Below are positions 11,674 through 22,600 of a stretch of 64,000 nucleotides of DNA, piece by piece. Positions within the stretch are counted from its first letter, which is position 1. Each line of letters begins with the position of its first letter. Below the pieces are notes generated by a model. That model searched no databases and was not told the origin of the DNA. It worked only from the letters and a program-made list of their open reading frames with translations. The stretch is from the NCBI GenBank assembly GCA_964187785.1, contig OZ076414.1, positions 47,864,001-47,928,000 of the forward strand, given 5' to 3'. A program made the translations under genes and the position numbers. This DNA is from Amphiscolops sp. MND2022 (taxonomy: Eukaryota).

Positions 11674-13583
11674 TTTACGTAGTTCAGGAAGATCATTGAG
11701 CCATTCAGATCCGGTGGCAGTTCGCAATTTCATCAGCAGAAATTGTAACACACTGTGGTAGTCGTAACGATCCAAAATTTTAACTGTGGGACCTGCAAGG
11801 GCCTTGTCCAAATCCTCGAAAGAGAAAGTAGGAACGATGCACACAGCTGAGGCCTGAACCAATTCTGTGACGAGAGATTTCGAAGTACGACCATCAAAGC
11901 CCGAAAGGGAATGGAGTGGAGGTATTGCAGGGAAGACTGCGAGGAAAGAACAAACAACTTGGAGGGTCCATTTAGGGGTGAAGAGAACGTTTGGGACCTC
12001 AGCTAGAAGAAGCTGATTGAGTACGTTCCTGGACCAGAAAATCAGGAACACTTGCATGTTGTCAAAATTTGAATTGACTTTGAGAGAGAATTGGCCCGAT
12101 TGCCCAATAGATGTAGTGGAATAGGACAACAGAGTTCGGAACATGTGGACAAGGATACCCTGAAATGTAAAAGAAACATCTGAATTGAGGTACACCAAAA
12201 TATTGAATATCAAAAGAATAATACATACGAAAATGCGTCTGTTTCTCCAATCGTACTGTGGAACCTTAGTCGGCCCACGAACTTCCAAACTAAGATTCGC
12301 CCAAAGTGAAGACAAAATATCTGCGTTTCCTCCGTTTTGAAGACCAATGAGCAGAATCCGAACTTGGGAACAAATTACTGCACAAGGTTCCAGATCGTCA
12401 GTAGCAACTGGGAGTCTTCTTTGCCCTGGCAATAGGTAACACTCCCCGAGGACAGGTGTGATAGGAATGGCGAGCTCAGCTCTTTCACGTGCTTTGTCTA
12501 GATCTTGTCCACTAAGTTCTACTTCATCGCGACCATAGAGCGGTAACCCAGGTATCTCCATTCGGATACGATGTTCCCGGAGTAAGTGCGTATCTGTTCT
12601 GTAATGTGACAGTATCTCAAGCGACCCCTTGGTCTTAAGGGACAGCTCAATCTGGCAGACTCAACAACGCCACTTGTGTGGGTTGTTTTCAGCATCAATA
12701 GGAGCAGTAACGAAAAACTTGAAAATCGGATGTTTTCTGTGCATACTTCCTGTTAATTGCAATCGCGGCCTGGGCCTTTTCGAAGCAGAGGGATGTTCCC
12801 TCTGAGGATCCCGATGTTGGCTGCCCTCTCTAATCTGAGATGATTTTCGACCCCGACGGGTGTTGCGGGAAGTGAGTGAAGGGATTTCTTCAATGGTACT
12901 CACAGGAGAAGCAACGAGTGACGAGTCAATTTGTGTTCCGCTAGTCTCAGTTTGTAACACGGTTGCAGTTGTTCTCACAGGAGAAATGGCGAATTGCTCC
13001 AATAATCTGGAGCTGATGGCGGTTGAGACTTCAGACACCAATACTTGCATACGTTGTTCCAGCGCTTGCAAGTCAGAACTAGTAGCAAAAGTAGGAGTAA
13101 CTGACGGCTGAGAAGTGGTTACTATGACAGGTTCTGCGGTAACATGGGCCGCATTCACTTCAGTATTAGGCAAAGTAGTCCTGTTCAGGAAACTAGAAAA
13201 GGGCGAGTTGCATATCTTATCGGAAGGAGATCCAGTGACGTTGATATCTCCTGACGTATCGTTTGCATCAGAATTCCTGGCTTGAGCAGGACTTGTCCCG
13301 AGCAGATTCTCAGACACGTCCTTGTTTGGCGAAGTGGGCGCGCTACGTTGCGCAAGACAACTGATCGCAGTCTCAGTCACGGGATTACTATATTCCTCAG
13401 GGTCCATGCTTTTATCTATGGAGTGCCTTATACCGTCAGCATCAACAGACGTACCTGGCACTTCCTGGTAACTAAGCTGGTGATCGGGAGTTGAATGGTG
13501 AGGTGGATCACCGAATGGGAGCAATAAAGCCAGATTATCGGCGGAGATTGGAGTCGGTGCAAGTGAGCCGGAACTATTGGCTG
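11674..13583 (-). pseudogene. BED-finger / hAT-transposase-like spliced gene, copy C (3' exons missing)
   Basis: ORFs 13620-12661 and 12561-11635 are in one frame, separated by a single TGA inside the finger: WRC*VCQIELSLKTKGSLEILSHYRTDTHLLREHRIR. Acceptor at 13584; 69-nt phase-0 intron 12160-12228; 486-nt exon 11674-12159 ending LNDLPELRK|GTAAGT. Confidence 0.75.
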
Positions 13584-15031
13584 CTGAAACACAAGAGAAA
13601 TCAAGAAATTCAGAAAACAAGAAATAGTCAAAGACGACAGTCGACTGTTTAAAATAGTGGGAGCCTGATCAACTCTCACTTTAAACAAACAGAACTAGTT
13701 CGAAAAAGTATTCACGACTTGAAACAGGAAATCCGGATTTAATCCTGTGGATAGTTGGTGAAAACTGAAATTCGTTCAGCAATCGGGACAGGACACTCAA
13801 AAGGCCCTATGATTGTTTGAAATAAAATCTTTGAACCTACGCACCATTTAATTAAATTGGGCGAAAGAAATTCGGAAATACAAACCTTGTGTTGGCAGTT
13901 CGTTAGTCTGTTCTCCAGTCTCGTTGCATTCCATGACGTGAAAACGTCCACAATGAAAATTGATACGAAATCCAAAGTATAAAACTGGTGGAAGAAAATA
14001 ATCGAAATGAAAATCGGGTTAATGAGACAGTAACTATGACGAGTAGAAGTAAATGGGGAACACTGGTGAGAAAAGTCTTGAAGAAACAATAAAAATGGAT
14101 ATCTAAATGAAGATAATGGAAGAAAGAGACAATTAACAATGGGCTGTTTGGAAATTCTATATGACAAATACTGTTTGACGGAAATTACTATCGACCAAAA
14201 CTTTGAAACAAAGAAGCAGTAGAGCGTAAGTATTACAGCAAGAGAGAAGGCGTGGCTATCAACACAAAGGCAATAAAGCAAATGAATGACGTCAGTTTCA
14301 CAATGTACACGATTCAGCTTAAATCTGATTGGCCGAGAGAGTGCATGTGGCTAGGAAATATCTGCCAGTATGACCAAGTTAAATAATGCATTCGCTGCTA
14401 ACTTGAATATGCGGAAAAGAACGATGAACAGCATAGTGCAGTATTAGAGTTAATAGGTAGAATTATGATGCATTATGATGAATTCAGTGTGCGGCATATG
14501 ATGCAAATGATTACTTGCTTTTATATCATCTGTCATATGTTAGAAATACGAACCAAGTTGTTACATCAGAAGAAATGAATAATGCTATGAAGGTTTGAAA
14601 ACTTTCACTTTGATAAACCTGAATGAACCTATGATATATTTAATTATGAGCAATTAAAATTATTCAGACGGAACAAGAAGACGATAACCGAAACATAAAA
14701 GAAATTGAAAAGAAAATTTCAGGATCTGATGATTGTTTATATGATATTAACAATTTTACCGGTGCTATTCCCCCCATATCTCACGATAAATTACCTGAAA
14801 ACCCGGGAAATGGGTAATTCGAGATATGTTTTGATGCTATTTGTAAGAAAACCCCCGTAACCCAATAAAAAACTATAAAATCTTATCATTCTGATCATAA
14901 ATCTCCAAAAATTAGCCGCTTATTTTCCTCTCTCTCTCTTTCTCTTCAACAAATTTCTTGAGAAGTTAATAATCATATTGTGTTAAATCTTCTTGAAACT
15001 TGACTGAAATCAAAAAACCCATAGTCAGACA

Positions 15032-15979
15032 ATGGAGAGCACACCACGGAACTCGATCCTCAATAGAACTGACTCAATGAACCCTGCATTGGACTTAATC
15101 AATATCTCAAGTAGTTCGGGAGAAGAATTCATGGTGGAGCCCCTCTCAGTGAACGATCTAGATGAAAGATTTAGAACTGCCCCTTACCCTCTGACAGACA
15201 TGTCCACAGCCTTTATGGGAGCGGCAGGAGCAGTGTTATTCCCTAGCAGCACCGATCCACAAGCAGGTGATGACCAACAAATTGACACTAGGAATTCCCT
15301 TATCGAGAATGAACTGATGGACCTCTTGGATGACGTATCTAATATATCCTCCCTGACCTTCATCGGATCATCAGAAGAAGAAGACATTCCGTTCTTTGGT
15401 GCCAATTTCGCTAATGTAGATCAGGCTGATAGAAACAGCTACGGTCGACCAGTCCAAAGGGTACAACCTATGGTCAGAACCCCACAAGTAACAAGAGCAA
15501 CAGTGAACCCTCCGATCGTACCAAGTAACAGAAGCGCTTTCTCAGTGGTAATACCCGAACAAAGAAGAGCTCCAGAAATACAAACACACCCGCCTCTGCA
15601 AGCTAATTACTTGCCTATGCCCGTTCCATTTTACCCCAATAACTGGAACAATATTACACATCCTCAACAAAACTTTCACGGTCAAGCTCAATTTCAACCT
15701 CAAGGGCCACCTAACGGGCCCATTTTGCAGATGAACCCCCCAGTAATGCCCGAAGTGGCCGGGTTTTGTGCTGGCTGTTCCAAAACTTATGACCAAATCG
15801 CAGTCGAGACGCTCACCCACTACGTTGCGTGGTCCGAATATCCAGAGGAAACAATTCGCGACCGCAATGTGAGATCAAGAGCATTTGTTGATGGGTTTGG
15901 AGCAGCGCTGATCTGCTTCAAAAATGCTGGACTGTCGCCGGCTTACCCGTGCGAGATGTCCGGAGTGCAACATCGATGA
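15032..15979 (+). CDS. Intact 315-aa orphan ORF (acidic/Pro-Gln-rich N-terminus, C-terminal CxxC-containing domain)
   Basis: Uninterrupted ORF from the track; FCAGCSKTYDQIAVETLTHYVAWSEYPEETIRDRNVRSRAFVDGF C-terminus. No family recognised. Confidence 0.6.
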   Translation: MESTPRNSILNRTDSMNPALDLINISSSSGEEFMVEPLSVNDLDERFRTAPYPLTDMSTAFMGAAGAVLFPSSTDPQAGDDQQIDTRNSLIENELMDLLDDVSNISSLTFIGSSEEEDIPFFGANFANVDQADRNSYGRPVQRVQPMVRTPQVTRATVNPPIVPSNRSAFSVVIPEQRRAPEIQTHPPLQANYLPMPVPFYPNNWNNITHPQQNFHGQAQFQPQGPPNGPILQMNPPVMPEVAGFCAGCSKTYDQIAVETLTHYVAWSEYPEETIRDRNVRSRAFVDGFGAALICFKNAGLSPAYPCEMSGVQHR

Positions 15980-16452
15980 AGCAGTCAACGGTGCTTACCC
16001 ATCATAATGGTTGTCTACCCGAATATGGACCAGAACTTGATAAACATTTCAAACTTTGAACTTAAACAATGCTTGTTATTGTTCGTTTGATAAAATGTTG
16101 CTTGTAGTTGTACATTTCATCTAAAATGATGATTGTTGAACGTCGTTATTGTTGCTTTTGTTTCACTCATAGGGTGTGTTGATCAATTGAAAAAAAACAA
16201 CAGGAAAGGTAACGTCAAAGTTATCAAAACAGTGCTAAATCTTTGTTTTATCATCTTAAATGGTAGAAAGGAATTAGATCCAATGGTCCTATATATCTTT
16301 GCTACATTTAATTACTTGTAGTTCAATCATGAGGAAAACAATCAAAAACGGCACGATGATCCACTTAAAAATCAGCATGATACTTTAGTACGTTTATTTG
16401 ATACTGATTATGCAGCATTATGCAGTTTTCATAAAACAGCATATGCGGTTTT
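15933..16452 (+). repeat. ~520-bp direct repeat, copy 2
   Basis: Matches 10356-10873; overlaps the last codons of ORF 15032-15979. Confidence 0.97.
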
Positions 16453-16510
16453 GTTAAAGAAACAGCATAATAATCATGTACGCAGTGTAGTTTATGCTTT
16501 GTATTGCATT

Positions 16511-16760
16511 ATGCGGAAATTCAGTAGAAACAGCATGATGACTTGAGCTAAAAACAGCATATGCGGAAATTCAGTAGAAACAGCATGATAACTTGAGCTA
16601 AAAACAGCATATGCGGAAATCTAGCAGAAACAGCATGATGGTTCAGATTGGAAACAGCATATGCGGAAACCCTGTGGAAACAGTATGACGTTTCAATATA
16701 GGAGCAGCATATGCGGAAATTTGACAGAAACAGTATGACGTTTTAACTTAAAAACAGCAT
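16511..16760. repeat. 50-bp tandem repeat, ~5 diverged copies
   Basis: ATGCGGAAA at 16511, 16561, 16611, 16661, 16711. Confidence 0.9.
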
Positions 16761-16939
16761 GAAGATTCTTATTTCAGCTGATAAAATTATACTGAATTAT
16801 GAGGTTTTCATGAGACAGCATATACTGTATTATGATGTAAAACAGCATAATTTGAAGGATCTTCAGTGCTATGATGTTGTAAGTCACAGTGCTATATTTA
16901 GACCTTCCAGGAGTCTGACGCAATATTATATTTTTAACA

Positions 16940-17781
16940 TTTGACCCTAGAAACATGACGTTATGATGATTTGCATAAAATTGAAAGTCATGTAACTAAA
17001 AATACCGCCCAATAAGATCAGTTGAAGGAGGACCATCAAAAATCATTCTTCTAATCATCATTCGAGAAATATCACACATCCAGAGCAGTCACTCATTTTC
17101 ACAAACAACTCATAACCCACAAATTTTGCAGTTTCATTCCCCTGTAAAATAACTTCCACGTTTTCATTTCACCAAAATATCTTTGTAATTCAAAGATTTC
17201 CGCACCTAACATCGTTTTCATCATGGGAAACAAGAGAGGTAGACGATCAAGGAGAGTAGATGCCCAATCATCAGACAGAGACGAAAATATTTCAGAAACA
17301 AGCTTCACTCAAGGTAATGCGACTTTAGTTGGTGTTTCTGAAAATGTTAGTAATGTTCTTGACAGGAACTTAGGCAGCGAACTGACAGAACCTTCACAAA
17401 TAAGCAATGAGATAGAAGTTATTTCGCAAAGACTAACAGAACAGAATAACGACAAGATGTCACAGATTGAAGAACAACTAAATAACAAATTTGAAGAGAT
17501 ACTTAAGGAGATTAGAACAAACAAAAATCACATTGTAATAATTGCTGGAGAGGATGCCGAGAATAATCAGCCCGGTCCTTCTAACTATAGAAACAAGGGT
17601 CTCAGGAACAGACACGCATCAGGTACAACATCAGATAAAAATAAGAATCAGGATGACCGGTTCTATCCGTCTGAAATGAGCGAATTAAGGCAACAGTACA
17701 CTCCTCTTGGGATTGCTGAAGTCATTTTAGACGAAACCGTTATCATAAATGAAAACAGACAGGAAAGAGCCGATCATCACA
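16940..17781 (+). mobile_element. LTR of element C (~840 bp) containing a gag-like ORF start (17223, MGNKRGRRSRR..)
   Basis: Ends TCACA; starts TTTGACC (one mismatch from TGTGA). The ORF runs to the LTR end in the same way as in LTRs A and B. No PPT immediately upstream. Confidence 0.6.
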
Positions 17782-18751
17782 ACTCGTCGTTGTTATAGTC
17801 GGGCACGTTCATTTCAACAAGGCGATGATTAAAAACGCTCGGCTTGATACTACAAAATAACGTTGGGGCTGTGGTTGTCTATAATAAAGAGATGTGAATG
17901 AAATTCATAAATCATAAAACAACAATTACACCATGCTGAAATGTATAATGTAGTGTTATTCTCATTTGATAATGTCATGTTTGCCTTTTGCTTTATTTTT
18001 AAAAGCCTTACATTTGATATTCCGTTAGTTTATTCTAGTTGAATGTCTGTTGTTTGGATGGTGCGAGGTTACCTTACGTTTTTGATTCTCCTTACATTTC
18101 ACTGATGTAATTTTTCACTCAAAGGAACAGCCCAGGACTAGCAAGAATGGAACGGCATTTATGAGGACTATTTCAATGCTTGAGTAGTCAATAATAAATC
18201 TCAAGAATCCTTGGCAGTCCTTACTTTCACAATTGTGTCTCTACGAGTAACGATTCCAGGTTCAACTTTGTTGCATGCTATAACGAACGCTTCTAATTTT
18301 TTCCTTTTTGGAAAACAAGTTGTCAAATGCATGCAAACCCATGCATGCTAATCCATGAGTTACAAACTTACGGTTCACTTCGATGTCCAAAAACTTCCGT
18401 TTGATTCGTTTTGAAAAACGTATGTAATTTTTTTGAATGCTCACGTCGATTTTTTGCTGATAGGCTTTCTCAGTAGTACAATATTGCAGTGAAACAGTTT
18501 GGCAACAATGTGTCTTCATGTTTGGGCTTTCAATTTTAAAAACCCTCGAAAATAAGGTGTATTTTTAATTGGCGCTTTATTGGAAATAAAACGCAACTAT
18601 TGTAGTGGCTTTCCGTCGTTTTTTTTTTTCGATTTTTCAATCCACGCGAACTTTCCAAAATAATTCCACTAAAGTTCTACGCAATCTTAAAATCTTGAAA
18701 TGTATTATTTGGCCCAGCGAACTGAACTATATTAATGACTTTTTCTGATAT

Positions 18752-18993
18752 TGTCATGCTGGAAGCATGAATGAAAATGATAAAAAACATTCTGAACATT
18801 AAAAACTCAGTTAAATGCAAAACTCTTGATATTTCAATAATCATGATTTACCACTGAACAATGACGGGCCTATCCTATCATCATTACTACTCTCCAAAAT
18901 GAAATCGATTTGTAAAAGTTAGCATCATTTACTTATTACACACTGCGTGCAAGTGCTTCCATCATATTCAACTTCATAAGTAATCTGAGGTAT
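18752..18993 (+). repeat. Left fragment of the Gypsy A 5' LTR (interrupted by Bel/Pao)
   Basis: Aligns with 42293-42531; continues at 28261. Confidence 0.95.
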
Positions 18994-19278
18994 TGAAATA
19001 ACTATAGATTTAAAGGCTTTCTCTATAGATCGTTTTCAAAAACAGAAGCAGTAAATACTTGATTTTTTGAGGCCAATTTCTATCAAGTTTCGAATCCAGA
19101 ATGATGACAAAGCAATCGAAATATTATATGTAAAGCGGCAAAAAGAACGAAATAATTAAATAACATTTGACAACAATTACAAACAGCAGTAACACAAATA
19201 GCAAGGCTTTTTCTCAAGGTTACTTTACTGAAATCAAGAAAAAATGTTTAGATCTTATTTCCGAAATAGGAAATATTT

Positions 19279-19348
19279 TACCTGTCCGGGAATCGAACCT
19301 AGGCCGGTCGAATACCGGCCTTGTATTCTACCGCTAGGCCAAGCTACC
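19279..19348 (-). ncRNA. tRNA-like Pol III cassette (A box/B box) in the Bel/Pao 3' LTR
   Basis: Minus strand GGTAGCTTGGCCTAGCGGTAG..AGGCCGG-TATTCGA-CCGGCCT-AGGTTCGATTCCCGG. Identical copy at 28138-28207. The acceptor stem does not close. Confidence 0.55.
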
Positions 19349-19642
19349 TTGAAACGGAACGATTCTTATTTGCTTTTAATCTTCTCAATTGCTTGTCAAC
19401 ATCCTCTGGGCCCAAGAAGATGTGGAGAAACGGGTCAATCAAACAAAAACTTTTTTTACATGTTACATGAAATATAATAATGATAATAATGTAAATAATG
19501 TACGGTGAAATGAAGCAAAAACAAAATTATATAGTTTGTTCGGGAATGGGGAGAACGGGAGCGAGCTTGACAACTGGGCGAACAAGGTTTCCGGTAGATG
19601 TCTTGTTTTCGGCTGAACGGGCGATGGCATCGGTGCCGTAAT

Positions 19643-22600
19643 TTACTTCACTACGCGACTAAGTGGGTAGTGTCCTCTTGGTGCGGTCGGTTCGACTAAC
19701 CAGACGAGATCTCCGGTTTTCAGGTCTCGGTTTGATGACTTGGACCATTTGGAGCGACGGTTGAGGTTTGGAACGTACTCCTTGAGCCAACGATTCCAAA
19801 TTGCGTCTGAGTACGCTTGGGCTCGAACGTATCGCTTTCGATGGTCTATTTCAGGGCGGAAGTGTGATGGCAAGGTTGAACTTGCAGTTCCAAGGAGAAA
19901 GTGGTTTGGTGTAAGAGCGTCAAGATCAGTAGCTTCAGGGCTCACGGGAGTGATTGGGCGAGCATTGAGACATTGTTCTACCAAGCAGAACGTGGTCGTC
20001 AAGATTTCGTCTGTCAAACGGCGGTTTCCTAAAACGGCATAAAAAACGTGCTTGAAGCTACGAACTAGGCGTTCCCAAACACCTCCGTGATAGGGAGCAC
20101 TTGGTGGGTTAAACTTCCACTTTATGCCTTTCTTTACAAGTGTTTCTCCGAGGACTTGCTGGTTCCAGTTGTTGTTGTTAGACAAAAGTTCTTTCTCGCT
20201 AGCAACGAAGTTTGTTCCATTGTCGGACCAGATTACTGATGGGATTCCACGACAGGCACAAAATCTTTCTATTCCCATCACACAGCTACTGGTTTCCATG
20301 CTAGGAACTACTTCAAAGTGGACAGCGCGAGTGGTGAGACATGTGAAAAGGAATCCCCAACGTTTTTCAGTGAATCGCCTCACGGTTACAAAGAAGGGTC
20401 CGAAATAGTCTACACCTGTGTTCGAGAAAGGTGGTTCTTTGAAAGCAAGTCTTTCTCGCGGGAGGTCCGCCATCACTGGAGTAACGGTTTCAGCCCTTCG
20501 CTTGCGGCATGTAACACACCTCGAAACTATTGTTCTCAATGTTGCTCGCAGTTTTACCACCGCAGGGCGCTGCTGTATCAAAGCGCGGAGGTAGTCAACA
20601 CTTTGATGACAATGTTGAACGTGCGTGTGTTCTAACAAGAGTCGAACCAAGGAATGTCGGGCGTCCAACAGAATGGGATGTTTCACATCGAAGGTTGCAA
20701 CGTCGAGGTGTATTGTTCGACCAGAAGCTCTTAGGAGCCCGTTGGGTCCTATGAAGGGAGAAAATTGGGCAAGTTTGGAAGTTTTACTGAGCGGGGTTGA
20801 CGTCAGCAAACTACTTTTTTCAACGTGGAATGATTCCGCCTGACTCAGGTAGAAAAGACGTTGTTCAGCATTTTCAAGTTCGGCTGGATCCATAATGGCA
20901 CCTATGATAGTCCTGTAGTCTCTGTTCTTTGGTGAGAGCCGCAAAACATAGGCTGCAATGCGCAGGAGTTTCTCGTATGAGCAATACTTCTGCCACTCGA
21001 AAGTTTTTACAATTACAACTTGGGTTTCGCACAGCATTGAAGAAGACTTAGGAACTAGTTCGTCGGTCGAGTCCGGTTTCACTTGCTTCAGTTTCTGTTG
21101 GAAGTCTTCGGAAGGCTTGAAGGGCCATTCATCTGTTTTCAGGAATTCGGGGCCATTTAACCAACTACTTTGCAGAAAAGTCTTGGCAGACAAACCTCTA
21201 GTTCCGGCGTCAGCAGGGTAGTCGTCGGATTGCACGTGGTACCACTCATCTGTAGTTGTCAGTTCGAGTATCTCCGCAACACGGTTTGCTACGAACACCG
21301 GCTGTTTCTCAAGAGAGTGTAGCAACTGAAGGACCGTAGTTCAGTCCACATAAATGTTCTTTCAATCTGCAAAGTGAGCGCGCGTTGCACTTCGTTTCTC
21401 AATCTTGCGGCGAGTAACGCGGCTTGCAGTTCAAGTTTGGGAATGGTCAGTGCTTTCATTGGCGCAACTCGTGCTTTGCCAAACACAAAGGCTATTTCAG
21501 TAGAACAACCATTTCCAGTGTTGACTTTCCCTCTGAGGAAAGCTACGGCACTAAAGACATCTTGCGAACTGTCACCAAACATATGTAACTCCAAACACTC
21601 GACATTTTGCTGGAAGTAACTTCTTGGGATCACGAGTTCACTAAGAGTTCCCAATTCAGAACTCCAGTCCAGAAACTTGGTTACAATGTCCTCCGGGAGA
21701 AGATCATCCCATTTCTGGCCGCTCAGTCTCCATATGTCTTTCAGCAGAAGTCGGGCTTTCACGGTGTACGGGGCTACGAGCCCAATAGGGTCCTACACGG
21801 CGGAGACGAGGCTGAGAACAACTCGTTGAGTAACAGTTCGGTTTGTGTCGGAAGTGGTGCCTCGGCTAACAACAAGTGTATCCGAGACGTGGTTCCATTT
21901 GAGCCCAAGTACGTGCGATGATTCCTCAGTTGTCGGTAACTGTTTACCATCGTTGGGTTGGCACTCAGAATTTGGTTCGATTTGTTGCAAGATGTATCGG
22001 TCGTTAGACACAAACTTAGTTAAATTGAATCCACCCAGCGAAAGCATTTTCACTAAGTCTTTGGCTTTCTGGGTAGCTTCGTCGGCAGTGGGACTAGACT
22101 CGAGGTAGTCGTCCATGTAGAAATTCGTCTGCCCACTTTGAGCGGCTTTCGGAAATTTGTCGGCATTGTCAGTTGCAGTCCTCTTCAAAGCGTAATTTGC
22201 GCAAGTCGGAGAGTCCTTTGACCCAAAGATGTGTCTTACGTACTGAAAAACAGCAACTTCGGTTGATGGATCCTCCCGCCACAAAAAACGAATTGACGGT
22301 TGGTCTTTCGGTATAACTCCCACTTGTAAGAACATGCCTTCAATGTCGGCGGACACGGCCTTGGGGAATTGACGGAATCTGAAGAGGATATGGATCAAAC
22401 TTTGCAGTAGATCCGGACCGGTTAGAAGGGCGTTGTTCAAAGAGTGTCCATGGAACTTTGCAGCACCATTGAGAACTCTTCTCACTTTGCCGGGTTTGTG
22501 TGGGTGTATTACAGGGTGATGTGGCAAGTACCACTCACGACGGTTATCGGTACGGAAACATTCGGACTTATCGACTCGAACGATGTACCTTTTTTCGAAG

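Larger units (their letters stand above)
10356..17781 (+). mobile_element. Internally deleted LTR-retrotransposon derivative (element C): aberrant TG-starting left end, cargo genes, 3' LTR
   Basis: Begins TGTCG, ends ATCACA, flanked by 5-bp ACTCG on both sides (10351-10355, 17782-17786). Ends in an LTR-like block containing a gag-like ORF start. No gag/pol body remains. Confidence 0.7.

Noticed and set aside
10356-16452. The 520-bp direct repeats as a conventional LTR pair
   Set aside because: No CA terminus, no PBS after copy 1, no PPT before copy 2, and the TSD pairs with 17781 rather than 16452.
19279-19348. Functional tRNA gene
   Set aside because: The acceptor stem does not pair and the arms are non-canonical; kept only as a tRNA-like Pol III cassette.
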